DNA of 62,533 nt, filler included, from Platydemus manokwari (GCA_037951405.1; 6 parts of 6 records of this genome joined end to end with filler, not necessarily neighbours in it), one strand, 5' to 3'. Positions 17,885-32,599 are shown, numbered from the whole stretch's first letter. Numbers and translations: made by a program. Notes: generated by a model from the letters alone, not told the origin.

Positions 17885-18015
17885 TTTAAAAGAATTTAAT
17901 AAATTATAAAATTTAATATTTTTATATAAAATGTTTTAAAAGAATTTAATAAATTATAAAATTTAATATTTTTATATAAAATGTTTTAAAAGAATTTAAT
18001 AAATTTTAAAATGTT
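17885..18015. repeat. Tandem repeat, ~49-bp unit, ~2.5 copies
   Basis: tttaaaagaatttaataaattataaaatttaatatttttatataaaatg repeated head-to-tail. Confidence 0.85.
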
Positions 18016-19499
18016 TTAAAATTTTATAAGTAAAATTTGATTTTTTCAAAATAATTATAACCCTGGTCAAGATTAAAAATAAATGAGAAAGCTCTTAAAA
18101 ATTTGTTTTAATAATGTTTATTTGTTTTATTAAATAAATTTGAGAAAATCCTAGTCATGAGTTCTTTTGATGAAACACCAGTAACAAGTGAAGTAGCGGC
18201 CACTAACATGCTTGACATTGCGAATTAAAGAATTAGAAGTGACAGTTTCTATATCTGTTCGCATGCTGTAATTGAGTTTATCAAATATTCATTTTATTTT
18301 TTATATATTTTTATCTTCATCAAAATATAGGTAAATTCGAAATCTATGAGAACAAAAACTTTATAATCAATTATTATATATCAGAGCAAAATATTTTCTC
18401 CTAAAAAGCGTAAGCCGAGTTTTGTCAAACGCCAATTGTTAATGAATTAAGCTCCCACAAAATTAATTCCCACTATTTCATCTTATATTCCACAATTAAT
18501 CCGCATACGTGGAAAAGTGGATGAAGAACAATTTCATTTTCCTTTTTTGAACAAAACCGACACATTGTTTAACAAATCGAAATTCCTCATTCCAACAAAC
18601 GTCAGAAGAATGGCAAACTTCAGATGAAATTCAATTTGAAAACGATTATATATTGAGCCTTGATTTATGGTTGATGTTTTGATTGATTAATATTCCAATA
18701 TTCGTCTTGTGTACCAAGCGCGAATTCAATTCTGGTTTGCAGATATTTCAACATGCTTGTCTTTTTCGGTTCAGTAATCAATTGATTTTGAGTGATACTG
18801 ATTTTATTTCCTCTTGTTTGTGGGCACAACATTGTTTCGTTTTAATTAATGAATAAATTGAAATGATTTATTAAAAAGAGGTTTTTTCTGCCTTAATTTA
18901 AGTTATTAATTTAAATAAATTCTTTGATGGTTTTGGTATTATTATGTTTGTTTCATCTTTTCTAGGAATTACCATCGGTCATGGAATGAACAAATTGGTC
19001 TATTATAGTTAAGACTAAATGGACCTGCTTGTGATATAAAGAACTCCTGATGTGTGGAAATAGAATACGTTAATATAAAACGATTATTCACAGAGGATAA
19101 CAAAAAATAAAAAAAATATTTATATTTTCAGCTTATTTATTAAAGGAGATACCAAGCTAGAATAAGTATCTCTATCACAGATGAATGAAAACAATCTGTA
19201 TACATCAATACCTAACTGATTCCATGAAGCTTCTGGTGAAATCGTGTTTCTTTTAATTGAAGTAGTTTCTCTCCTTTGTGATTTTATTGAAAAAAATAAT
19301 CAATCTCTTTCAAAGCTCAACAAGAAAAAGAATACCAGACTGATCGATTATTTTTCAGATCACATACTTATTCGACAATATGCTTGTTTTAATTATTTTG
19401 ATCCGAGACAAAAGTACACCAAATAACTACATCTCTGTGATTGAGTAAGACGAAATTAATCACAATTTTAAATTAAGACAGGAAAAATCGATTGTGAAG

Positions 19500-20300
19500 T
19501 CGAAAAATATTTGACGAACAACTACAATGAAGAAAGGAGAAGGAAGAAAGGGGAGAATTTTAATGCCATTAATCCAACGTTAGAGAGCCTTTAAAATGCA
19601 TACTTAAAATTTATCTCCCAAACTTAAATTCCCATGTGAGATCATCAATCAGACAAGGAAATCTATGAATTCAAATCGGTAAAGGGTAATTATTCGGTGA
19701 AATACTTAATCGCCTGATTTGGATTTGCGTTTCTCAATGAAATTATAAAACATAAATGTTGGAAAATTGTAGAGGAATCTCTTCATATTATTTAGAGAAA
19801 TTCAAACGATATTGATCTGATAAATTTAACTTTTTTCAGTTTTCTTAAGACAGTGTTGTGGATAGATTAATGATAAAAAAGGGAAAGATAATTATGCAAT
19901 AATTTTTCAAAATTTTTTGAATAATATTCTCTATCGAAAGATTATTAAAAAATGGTTTTCTATCTCGGACATATGGTTCACTAACACATTGGTTATGTAG
20001 TCGTTTTTCTCATTTTTATCCCCGCTAACATCATCAATTCCAATTATAGCCAGACTTAGGATAAATGTTTTTTATTTTACTTTCATTGAATGTTCCTATA
20101 ATCTTAGATTAAAGCCTTAAAGAATAAAATTCCTTCTCCAATCGAATTACGCCTTAAATATCAATTTGAGCACATTTAATTTTCCTAGATGTTATCATAC
20201 AATTATTGTCGATTATGTAATCGAATCAAAGAGTCAGAAGATATTACGTGATAGGTTTTGACCCTGACTATAAACATATATAGAGATCTATCCAGATATT
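19500..20300 (+). mobile_element. Possible decayed pogo/Tigger-type DDE transposase remnant
   Basis: atccccgctaacatca...ccagacttaggataaat near 20018-20066 resembles the frameshifted IPxNxTSxLQPxDxGI motif. Single weak motif only. Confidence 0.25.
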
Positions 20301-21181
20301 ATTCTTGACAGGTTGCAAAATTTTCATCGATTACTGTACTTCAACATTATTCGTTGATAAACGACGACAATCTTGAGAAATCCTGCTCACAAGCGAGTTT
20401 TTATCCTTAACAAAATCGCCATTGAATACAAAACGATGGAGCAAATATTAAAAAAAAAAAGAAAAAAGGAATTCTTAGAACAGACATTATGAATCAAAAC
20501 ATAATTCAGTTACCAATGAAAATAATTGATATTTTTAAAAGAACATCGACTATTCTGGGCATTTCTTTCCTTTCTAATTTTCTATTTGAAGATAGCCAAT
20601 TAAAATACATCGTAAATTTCGAATTTTAAATACAAACGATGGCGAAACAATAATACGAAATTCTGGCTCCTTGCCAAGATTACGAAACCAGATGCAAATG
20701 GAGTGATTTGCCAATATTGGAGTGAGATTTTATCACAAATATGTTCGGCACATGTCCCGAATTATATTCTCAAATAAGTAGTTGTATAAGACTGACGAGT
20801 TGAGAACTTAATTTTTCTTAAACACCTACAAGTCAAATGTTTCTAGGGTGTCAAGTAAAACTCGGAATAAAGTACACTATTTTGCTTGGAACACTTTATA
20901 AGATTCACTGGAAATCGAAATACAGACGTCAGATCAAAAATTAATTGCGTTTAATCCAATCGACTCCTATTAGTCTTTTATTATTTTTTTAATCCAATCA
21001 GATTCAACTCATATTTTTTATAGATAAGAGATAGAAGTCAAAGTTTTCATAACGTTTTTAGTTACAATGATAATTAATTAATTTATTTATTCATTAGTTA
21101 ATTAGAAAATTATTTTCATTTTAAGGAAACGATTTGTTTATCCGAACATTTACAGACGCATATATATAAGGAGTCGATCTA

Positions 21182-21281
21182 NNNNNNNNNNNNNNNNNNN
21201 NNNNNNNNNNNNNNNNNNNNNNNNNTTAATTAATTAANNNNNNNNNNNNNNNNNNNNNNNNNNNNNNNNNNNNNNNNNNNN
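21182..21281. other. Assembly spacer N44-TTAATTAATTAA-N44
   Basis: Artificial linker. Confidence 0.97.
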
Positions 21282-22139
21282 AATTATTTAAAATTCAAGG
21301 ATAATTTAAGGCTACCAATTGACTCGAGTATGAAATAAAATATAATTTTCATGACATAAAATAATTTAAATTAATGCTATTAGTTTTTTTAATCATTGTT
21401 TTCGCTTTGTAATCTTTAGATAAAAATTTAGAGAACATTATGTTAGTTTTTAAGGTAATAATATTAACTGAATTTTAAAAGTGCTATTTAAAAATGTACT
21501 GGATACTTTTTATATGAAATTTTGAAAACGATTGTAAAAAACATATTTTCATACAAAAATTTTTGAATGTGGATTTATTATACGTTATCGAATTCTCCAA
21601 CATAATTGAAAAAAAACAATCAAATGTTTCAAATGGCGAACGTCCTTTGTATATTAAAATATATTTCAATATCTTTAATTAAATGTGAGAAGAAATTAAA
21701 TACATAAAACAAGCCAAAATGGACAATACGATAGTGCTATTTTCAATGAGCGCTTTAGATTGACATTATAATTCTTGGGCACTAAATTTTCAAAATTTTT
21801 AGTGTCATGAATTGATAAAGAATTTCAATTGATTAACGGTACCATGTAGATAACCAAAGTTTGGATGGTTTGTGTAAGACTTTCAATGAAATTTGATAAT
21901 GATAAAATAAAAAAATGATTGATCTGACCTCACTCATCATCAATAAAACATGAATACTTCAAATGTTAATTTCATACTTATATTGTAACTTTTTCTTTTA
22001 AGATTAACACACGTCGGCTTTGGAACAAAAGAAGGAATGAAAATATCAGCAAATTTTAAATATTAATAAATTTTTGGAAAATGTTAAGTTTCTTTGATTA
22101 AATTTTTTACCTTTTGTGATTTTTAATATTTTTATAGTT

Positions 22140-22568
22140 CAATTAATAGCTCACTTTAAGAATGTCGAATAAGAACAAAACACAATTGCTATACCAAGTT
22201 CCTATTCTAATTATAATATTTTTATATGATTTTTTGGATTTAAAATTCCTGACGTGTTTAATAATCTAATATTACTTGTTTTTATAAAATAATTGTAAAT
22301 ATTTAGAATATATCTCGGTTTTCTTCTAATGTTAAAAAGGAGTCCTCTTTAACTTCCAAGAAATTGCAGTTTGACCTACTCCGATCTGTTTTTCAAATTT
22401 TAGGAGATTTATAGTTTGATTTTAAACAACTAAAATTCTTCTTAAGTACTTAAATAAAAAATTCAAAATTTTATTAGTTAATATGATTAAAGACACTATA
22501 TAGAATTTTGCAATACACTCAATAAATTAAACATTTTATTTTTAGAATAATTTTTCTTAATTTTAGCC
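22140..22568 (+). mobile_element. Diverged, 5'-truncated copy of the GG-terminated MITE (see 24820-25424)
   Basis: Shares aacaactaaaattcttcttaagtacttaaa, aatgttaaaaa.g.gtcctc and the 3' end taattttagcc with the 24820 copy. Confidence 0.8.
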
Positions 22569-23550
22569 AAAAATGACACAATGGTCTTAACAATTTAAAA
22601 GTGAATTGAATATGTATAGTCTTAAACGATTTATATGAATTAGCATTTATAGATTGTTCCAATAAAGACTCAATACGAATAATGTAAACTATTCTTAGGT
22701 ATAAAATGATTTTTTAAAGAATTATAATAAATACATATTTATTTGTGCGATTTACATCATGTTCTTGTTTTGCTATAGAAACAGTAGCCGCTAATGTAAT
22801 TAAAAAAAATCTTCCATCACTTATTTAAATTGATGTTCTGTTCTTTTCAAATTTTTAATAGACAATGATTTATTTAATGGTGTATTTAATGGTGCATCGA
22901 AAGAGCATTGTTTTTAAAAATTTAAATGATTTAAATCTCATTATAAATTTAGTATTTTTTCGTGCGAACATTGTGAAATTTATTAATTTTGAAGTTCGGC
23001 ATTTATTATTTAAATAAACAAAATTGATGATATTCGGAATATGAATGAAATTGCTATATGCTGTAATCTACACGGAAACATATAAATACTAAAGGAGTTT
23101 ATAACAGTTGCAATCATTAGTGCTAGACATAACAAATAGCATAATCTGCTTCTGTAATGGAAAATGGGTGTAAAATTCTATATTTAGGTGGCACAGTTTT
23201 CATTAAAAGAAATATTGTAATTAAAAATCAGTTGATCAAAATTATTCACTTTGAATTTTTTATACAATAATATGATTTAACTGATAATTTTGTCAATAAG
23301 TGATGAATAAATTCCTCTTGTATTAGCTTCGTAGTTAAACACGTTTGACTTTATTTGTCAAAATTTAATTCGTCATTAACAAGTACTAACCTTAGACTAT
23401 TCCACTAGCATTGGTAGATATTCAACAATTGTAATATTTATTTTTATAATTTTACATTGGTTTCATTTTGTTGTATAATTGTTTAAATGATAATGAAATA
23501 AATATAAATAGTTTTTTTATGTTAATAATATTATAGTTTTCATGACTTAC

Positions 23551-26500
23551 CACATTTTATTATGTGGATTTTCATCAATAAACTGCTTTGCCATTTCCAA
23601 TTGACCGTCTTCAAGGAGTTTGTGACAATCTCGAAGAATCTAAATACACAAAACCATTGATTTAGACAGTATTTAAAGTAAAGTTTAAATAAATGAACTA
23701 GTAGGAAATACTCTGAAAAAGAATCAAAATGCAATTCCAACAGATTCTTGAGTTACACAAGTAAGTGAGAATATAATTGAGTACAATCATTTTGAGTTCC
23801 ATTTGATAAAAAGTGGACTTGACCTTCAATCCTATGATGATTAGTAGAAAATACTACAAAACTGATATATCATTAGACTAATGGACAGTGTTCGATTCCA
23901 TCAACAAATCTTCACAGAGCTTATATAGTTGATGAGAAAAAAATCTCCTTGGTAACAGGTTTAATTTTTTTTTTACTATCTATTGTTACAACAATTTCTA
24001 ATGGTAATAATAAAGATCATTAAGTAATAATAAATTTATTAATTTATTAATAATAATAAATAAAAATTTTCTAAGATATTTCCAATACTTTTATTACGGA
24101 TGATTCTAATATTAACTGGAAAAAGAATCACCTTAGCTTTCAAGATAATAAGATTGCTTTTATTAGGCTTATCATCATTAATAATTTCATCCAATAATAC
24201 AGCCTTCACTTCCAGATCCTTAAATTCACAAATATATCCAGAAAACACAATAGGCTCTTCCGATTGAACATCTTGAATGATTCTCAATTTCGTTTTTTCC
24301 ATCATCACAAACATCAAAGGATTGTCCTATTGAAATTAAACAAAAAATTTCAAAATAATTTTCCATCTTTACGAACCTCGGCGAATTTCATGTCCCAAAC
24401 ATCTTTATATTCGAAATTCTCGACAAGTGTTCCATGTTTCGTAACCCCATTTGAATCCGTGTAACTCTTTTCCAAATCAAAAAATGTCAAAACCCCTCCA
24501 AAATCAATACTGGCAATTCGACTAAAAAATTCAAAATAAATTTTAATAATTATTGTTATTATTTTTTTAAAATTATCATTGCAAATGAAAACTTCAATGG
24601 CAAATGTGCTTACAGTGTCTGAGTGAGAAGATATGTTTAATTTAATAAAATAATGTAATAAAATGAAAGACATTATCAATTTTGTAACTATAATTTTATT
24701 TTATAGCTTTTAATAAAATTAATTCGATAGATATAATTAATTTGATATTAAAAATGTTTTCAATAATACTTTTAATTTGAAAATGTTATTGAATGGAAAA
24801 ATTTCCATTAGAATTAATCGGCTTAAGTTAAGAAAAAGGTTCCTTTGACTTACTTTCGTTATAACGAATTTTCGCCCATGAGATAATTCTATAACTTAAT
24901 TTTATATATAACTGTTATGTTTGATTCATTCGTATAATTCAGTTAATATCTCATTTTTTAAGATGTCTAATAGTGACAAATCATAATTTTAAAACCAAGT
25001 TCCCATTCTAACCACAACACTTCTATATGATTATTTGAGTTTTTAAATTTAAATTTTTTATAATTATAAATCGAGTTAGTTAATTGCAGACATGTTTAAT
25101 AATATCATTGGTTATTTTTATAAAATAATTGCAAAAATTGAGAATATCCCTCAATTTGCTTCCAATGTTAAAAAAGAGGTCCTCGTTAATTTTCAATAAA
25201 TTAAATTCGACCTACTTTTTAAATTTTTTTCAAATAATCAAATTCTAGGAGATTTCGAAGCTCTAGTCTATTTAATATTTGATTTCAAACAACTAAAATT
25301 CTTCTTAAGTACTTAAAAAAATTCAAAATGTTTTCAAGAATATAATTAAATGAACTATATAAAATTTTGAAATACACTCAACAAATTTAAAATTTCATTT
25401 TAGAACATTTTTTTAATTTTAGCCAATTAATCTTATATCCATCAAATGTCAAGATAAATGGAATCGAAATCAACTTCCTGATTGATTATCAATTATCAAA
25501 TTGGTTCAGATAATCTATTAAGGAAGATATGAGTCGAAATGTCGTTATATCTCAAAATAATTTTTTGAGATTTTAGAATTTGTTGTCAAGTTTGAACTTA
25601 TTATTAATATTGTTATTAGTGGGTGCTGACATACATGGGCTGTAAAATGATTAAAAACCTTAATAGGAAACTGAAAATTCTTTTCAAATTCTTTGTCGAT
25701 ATAATAGAAACATTACAAAATAAGCTAGCCATATAATAATTTTCAAACTTACGTTCCGGTACAATTAATTTCAAGCTTAAAAGGTTTACTACGAAGAGTG
25801 TGTGTAGTTTCGTATTCCATTAGTGGCATTGAATATTGCTTAATTTTCCCAGATTCAGTGGCTACTATAAGTGTACGTCTGGAAGAGCAGATGGCACATA
25901 TCGAATCGTTGGTAGACTTCTTCATAAGAGATTTCAGATTGGCCTCTGTAATGGCTGTTGTGTCGGTTGTTGTAGATGTATCATCGATATGTTTAAAACT
26001 AAAAATATAAAACAGAAAAATATATTAAATTGTATTAAAAAAATCCAGATTTTACTTATCCATCGCTGATTTACGTTTTACTTGACTCTCGATTGAAAGA
26101 AGATTTTCTGGCTTTTTAAATTGCCATCCATAAATGATGTTTTGTGATGCTACTATTACATGCGATTCTGTCATGATTTGATATAACGGTTCAAATGGCA
26201 AATCCTTTGAATCAATCGGTGTTCCAATAGCATTGCAAACAATTAAATTGTACTGAATAAAATCATTTGTATAAAATTTATTCATGTTTTTTGTTTACTT
26301 AACACCTAAACCGACACTCTAATATTTCATTTTCATTTATTTCATCATAATAATTTTTAAACTATCAATCTACAGTAATAAACAGTCATATTTTGAAGTA
26401 ACTGAGATCTACAAGTTAGTTACTGTAGCAATGATATCAAAAAATCGATTAAAGTACGCAACAGCTGTAACTGCCATGGTTCAGAAACCGAATTTAGTGT

Positions 26501-29500
26501 ATAGTGGCTATCAATGAGTTAAAAATATTTTACCATAAAAATCATAAAGAAATAATTTTCTGCAAATTCTATTATTCCAATCAATTTAAAATTACCTTGT
26601 TTTTATTATCATTTTCTGGTTGATGAATAATAGTGCATAGATTTCCATTTGATATTATAGCTTTTAAATTGGTGAAGTATTTCGTTTGAACCTGAATGGT
26701 AAAAATTGAACGATAAAATTACAAGAATAATTATCGAAACACAATCTACCGAGTCCAATTTTGAATTCCAGAAAACAACAGTGGAATGATATTGTTCCGG
26801 TTTTGTAAATGCATATATCACTGTATCGCTACAATAAGCCCATTTGTAAGATGGGCGAATATTTGCAAAATATATCGAAGAGTCAACGGCAATGGCTAAT
26901 CGTAAAGATTCGCTATCCCAACTGCAAGCATGGAGTTTCGTTGAAAGAACTTTTAATGTTCTTAGATGCTAAAATTGAAAATTCATAATCCAAACAATTG
27001 GTAATCTGTATTTTTCAAATACCGATTTCAATATCAATCGGTTTCATTGGACTGTTACTTTAAATAATATTTTTTTAAAAATAAAACATTGAAAAATTCC
27101 TATAATTACAATCTGAAATTTAGAATTATAGTAGAAACATTCCTTAAATAAAAAACGAATTCCGATAAATAAAAATAAAGTCTGTATTAAATGAAATATT
27201 TAATGCTGTGATAATATTAATAATGTAAGATTGGAACGAAAGTCTTGTCTGATAAAAAATAATATTTATTTAACCAATAAAGAAAATATGTAAATTGACA
27301 AATATAAACAAAACATCATTCGTCTGTAAATCTTAAATGTTGAAAAGAGTCATCTTTAAGGTTCGCACAATTTTGCCAGCGTTCTGGAAGTTGCTTTATG
27401 TCGTTCTCATAGAATTATGCAAGTTTTGAATCGAACCACTTTTCCAAATCATCGTTAACCATTTCAGTGAAGTGATATGTTTTCTCACGAAGTGAGTTTT
27501 TTATTGGAGAAAACAGGTAATAGTCTGAAAGGACTAGATCTGGGGAGTATGGTGGATGCGATATTACCATAAAGCCGGTCTCAGCGAGCATATTTTGAGT
27601 TAAACGTGCCATATGCGAACTTTTGAAAACTGTTTCCACACAACCGGTGCTACACTTAGTTTATATTTGTTAAATAAATATATTTTTCTATGAAACAAGA
27701 CTTTCGTTTTAATCCTATAATAATAATAATAATTATGATTATGATTATTTATTTTTATTATAGAGATATGCTGCTATAAAATTAAAATGCAATAACAACA
27801 AGGATAAATGCTAAAAGTTGTGTGTAATGAATGTGGTGTCTAAAATATCACTATAAAATTCTTAAATTATAGAATCGAGACTTCATCCCAAACCAATGAG
27901 TGACAATGACTCCGAAAGCGGTCTATATTTGCCAGTGATTTAATCAGAAAATGCCCATAATCACCACAATTAATTTAATAACAAATAAATCTACTCACAT
28001 AACCGAAAGGATTGTAGAACTGAATCAGATTGAAATCTTTATTGGTAATTTGACTCTCAGATAAACCTCCAATTGCTAAAACCGTGCCATTACCATTCCA
28101 TGACAAACATTTAGCTTCTAATCCCGTATTAATAAGAATAGGAACTATATCAATTAATTCACAGAATTGTCAGTTAAGAAATGAAAAAAAAACAAATAAA
28201 AATGTTTACATTCATCGGTTTCATTGCGCATAATTTGACAACAACCATTACTGTAGCAAATTGCTAAACACGGACAATTCTTACTCATGTAACCTTTTTC
28301 TCCTTTATACCACTCAATTCCAACAACTTTTAAATTAGTTTCATCAGTACTACAGAAATTTTTCAAATTTTCCTAAAATAATAATAATTTACAAAGATGA
28401 ACAAAAAAATCTGATTTTGTCCTTACAATGTTGTTGCCTCCACTATCGTATATATGAATTTGACCGTCAAGCAATCCAAATAATATGATCCTACTATCTG
28501 GTGACCATTCAACATGAGCCAATCGATCCGCCACAGTTTTGCCCCATATGCGGCTACCGTCAACTGATCCAATTATAATAGATCCATCTTCATAAGCAAT
28601 ACAGATCTTTTCACCATCAGGATTCCACTATTTTAAATATATGGTAAAGTTTTATTTTTCATGTATTTCTTTCACATGAATATTTGTTTTATCATTTCCA
28701 TTTACATCAAAATATGAAAAAGCTAGAATTTCTATAAAAATGAATTTTAAATATCAACGAAGATTGTGGACACACAACATTGATGATAATAATTCGAATT
28801 CTAATCTGTACATAAAATGAAATGTAAGGTATTATTCATTGTATCAGATAAGAAATCATATTGTCATTATAATGATTCTTTAAATAGAACAAGTGCAAGG
28901 AATCCATGAATACAAAGTCAATGTTGAAATCAATTTATTAGACGTGAGGGATTTTCCAACGGCGTCATGAAGTTTTCACTCTTATGCTAAATAAGTATTG
29001 ATTTTATTTAAAGATCGAGAATAAATAAATTTGATAATTATAAATATTACTTCAGAATTTTATTTCTGAATATTATGTTTACATTTTATTGAAGTACATC
29101 AAACGACTTTATGCACAACGAATAAATTTATCAATTTATAAGCATGTCAAAAAGAGATACGATTAACATGGAACCTTAAGCGAAAGTTCTATCCAGTAAT
29201 TTTGAGAAAAAATAAATCTCCTAGTTTATATGTAAATTCTGCATTTATAAACCAACAATTTCAATATCGTCAGCCCACTGTTTTTCAATTAAAGTCTAGT
29301 GGAATCCAAGCTAAACGGACCCGGTCAACTAGTTTCAGTTAGACAAAAGGAAACAGGATAACATCATTTACGCTTTTCCTTCAAAAACCATTTTCGGTTG
29401 CTTGCCATAGGTTCATAAAAGTTGATAACCAAAATAAAGCTAGTGGGAAATTTTGTCATTCGTCCTATTATAATACACCGAGTCTAATACCCATACACAT

Positions 29501-31220
29501 ATTTTACAATATCGCATTTTAAGAGTGTTTATTCCTCTTAGATATCTGTACCTCCTTACTCGTGATTGGCAAGCCGAAGCGTTACCGACATGACCTTGAA
29601 AAGTGTCCTTTTTTGTTTTACTAAATGATAAAATGAATGTTATGGGGTTCGACAACAAACTGAGTGTTTATAAAGAGTTCTATACTTAAAAAAGGTTGAT
29701 ATACACTGTTATAATTTGAAAGGTTCTAAAATCTAATTGGAATTTAATCTATTTGTAGAAAAAATATTCCTCTTTACAAAAACGTGTCAATGATTATTTT
29801 AATAAATAAAAATGAAATAAAATACAAATTAAATTTTAATAAACGACTTTTTATCAATGGTTTGTTTTAGGAGGTTTGAGCAAGATCCAAATGAAAACGA
29901 TTGTATTTCCCTACATGGTTTCAATAGAACATATCAAGTATATGAAATAATTTCACAAAAACCGTTACGATTATATAATAAATATAATATAATATGTAAT
30001 TAAAATATTATATCGAAAATAAAATAGGAATTGAGCGCCTGAAAATACAATTTATTACAATCAACCTACAAAATATCAACAAAGAAGTCCAAATGCATTT
30101 TGCCGAATTCTTTGTGAAAATAACATCATAATGATTTGATTAAAAGTGGTTTTTGCCAGAAAAATTGATCCATTTTCTATGGGAAATATTTGTCCGTAAA
30201 GTCAATATCAAGTATGATTTGGGTTACACAGAAACCCACAGACCTTTGTATCACAAGTGATTCAAATACACAATAAAACGCTACACCCGGAGAATGTGGA
30301 TTTGAATCACATATGATTCATATACAATAAGTGGAAAAATTAAATATTATTATTATAATAACATTAAATATAATCGAATTTAATTATTAAAATATTATTT
30401 TTAAAATTTCTATATTTAAATATCAGTCAGTCTCCCATGATCGTTAAGTTGGAGACAGATCAAGTGAAATGATTCAATTACAGTTTTATATGGCCTCCAA
30501 GACCTATAATCGACTTCGCAAGTTCAAAATTAAGAATTTTTATAAAACACGGTTTAAAAATCGTTAAAAATCTATTTGTGGATTGGTTTTCTCTTACAAA
30601 TCTAAATATCATTAATAATATAAAACAGCATCATTATTTAGCAATGTAATCTTTGAAATGGATAAACAACGTAATTTAAGATATTCCTGTAAAGTAAAAT
30701 GAAGAAAGAATAAATATTTTTAAACTGTTCTAATGTTTTTTCCAAATTCCAAATTCACCTTTAAACCATTAACTCGATGTGAATTCGAATTGTTAATCAT
30801 TTCCTGATGCCAACAATTTTTGAAAAGAATCCATACAATTATAACACCAGAGTCATCAGCACTGGTCATCTTGTCAAACTTTTCATTCCAGGTGATTTTT
30901 GTGAGTGAGCCTTATAATGTAATATAAAATCAGAAGGCGATTTTTGAGTAGCTATTATATACTTTTGTGTTCATCCAAAGTTTCATTCATTGTTAAATTA
31001 GTAGGAGCAGCAATGCCTCTAGTATTACCATCAATTTGAGGATCCAACTTCAGAACTTTTAATAATCCATTTACTCCTCCACATGCTATATAACCTTTAT
31101 TAGTATTCCATGAGAGTGTTGTCAACTGAACATCATTGGGAATCGATATCTATTAAGAATTGTAAAAGAATGAGTATACATATCCGAAAAATCTACCTTT
31201 TTACTTAGATAGACAAACAT
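23551..31220 (-). CDS. WDR35: WD repeat-containing protein 35 (IFT121, IFT-A complex), exons 1-13; 3'-partial
   Basis: Start MFVYLSKK|[33 protein letters not shown] matches the WDR35 N-terminus. Exons: 31220-31197, 31149-30963, 30910-30759, 28627-28427, 28372-28210, 28144-27999, 26968-26750, 26691-26596, 26252-26056, 25998-25753, 24521-24377, 24326-24132, 23639-23551. Recognisable motifs include [46 protein letters not shown] and LRDC...FIDENPH. All junctions are GT-AG and in phase. The C-terminal exons are not seen before the gap at 21281. Confidence 0.95.
24820..25424 (+). mobile_element. Non-autonomous DNA transposon (MITE), GG termini, 8-bp TSD, Merlin-like; in a WDR35 intron
   Basis: Left end ggcttaagttaagaaaaa; right end reverse-complements to ggctaaaattaaaaaaa. 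Flanked by the direct repeat aattaatc (24812-24819 and 25425-25432). Further copies at ~22140 and ~43845. Confidence 0.85.
27226..27717 (-). mobile_element. Internally deleted mariner element in a WDR35 intron
   Basis: Imperfect TIRs (taagattggaacgaaagtcttgtc... / ...acaagactttcgttttaatccta). Internal ORF 27639-27415 carries [16 protein letters not shown], the mariner YSPDLAPxD motif. Confidence 0.9.
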
Positions 31221-32599
31221 AAATATTTAAATTTAAAATTTACAATTACAGACAAATTAAAGGTAACTAAGAAATATATATTAAAACAATTGCACTTGAA
31301 AATTATTTTTTGTATATTAACAATTAAACAATTCTTTGATTATTTTGTTGGATAAACACTATTATGTTCTCTAAAGAATTTTGAATGTTCTTAAAAAATA
31401 ACCATTTTTCTGAATTCGTTAAATTGTAGTAAATTATTTGGTTTTTTCTGGAACATTTCAATAACTTTTAAAAGTTGTTGCTGAAACTTTATTTGAAATT
31501 AGATTTAATTATTTTTTAGAAAACAATAATTTTTGTGAATATTAAATCACTAAATCAGAATTTGTTAAAAATTAAAATGAAAAATGATATTTATTGAAAT
31601 CTTATTGTATTGATAAACCACGTTGAATTTGAATTTGAATTCGACAATTTCATTATATTTTCTAATAAGATGCTCGTGCAAAATAAAAATATTTTTTATT
31701 CTAGATAAAAAGTTATAAAGATTTTCAATTTCACCCCTCTTAATATGTATATTTTTGTATTATTCTATTCCATTATAAAAACGTATTATTTGAAAGAATA
31801 AATTCAACAATAAATCATTTCATTAAGGAATTCTGTACTTGATGCAAAGGACAAAATATAAATTAGATTCATGATAATTATATTTCTATGTACGTTGTGG
31901 GCTTTGGTACCAAAATATGTGGTTTAAGCATTACAGACTATTAGAACTAAATGGAAGATCATCGTGAGACGTGCACTGTAAAAGACGATGCGTTTACGCA
32001 AGCGAGATAATTCCTTAATCAAATAATAATTGTTCAGTGTGTAACAAAATAAAGTAATATACCGATGAAAAACCCTCTAAAGGTTTGATACACACAGACT
32101 CAATAAGCACACGAGTCAATAGGAAACCAGATGCCGTCGAAATACCGATTCATAAAAAAAATTTAATTATCAATTAGTGAATATCAAAAAGAGGCAACAA
32201 ACACCAAAACAAGTCAATGACACGAGACTTAGAAGAGAACCTACTGATAGAATTTAGTGATCTAATGAATATCTTTATAAGCTATGAGGATAGATATATC
32301 ACAATATATCTGACTAGTCACAGTGTCGAGGCGTAGGTTGCATGTATAAAAATTCGAGTTTATATATTATATAATATATAGAAATTACTAACAAATTCAG
32401 GCAATAATTCTATCGAGATGACTTATTTAAATATTTAATATTACAAATACAAAATAACTTGGATGGTTTTAGGTTTTGATGATTTTAGATTGTTACCGCT
32501 GCCAGACCGTGAAGGAGATTGTCACCCAACTCTGATAAAAAAGAAGATCTGAAGAAGTATGGAGTTTTAAAAGAAGTTAAATGTTCTTTGTGAACTTTG

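Noticed and set aside
17885-18015. CRISPR-like array
   Set aside because: Head-to-tail units with no unique spacers, in a eukaryotic context with no cas genes.
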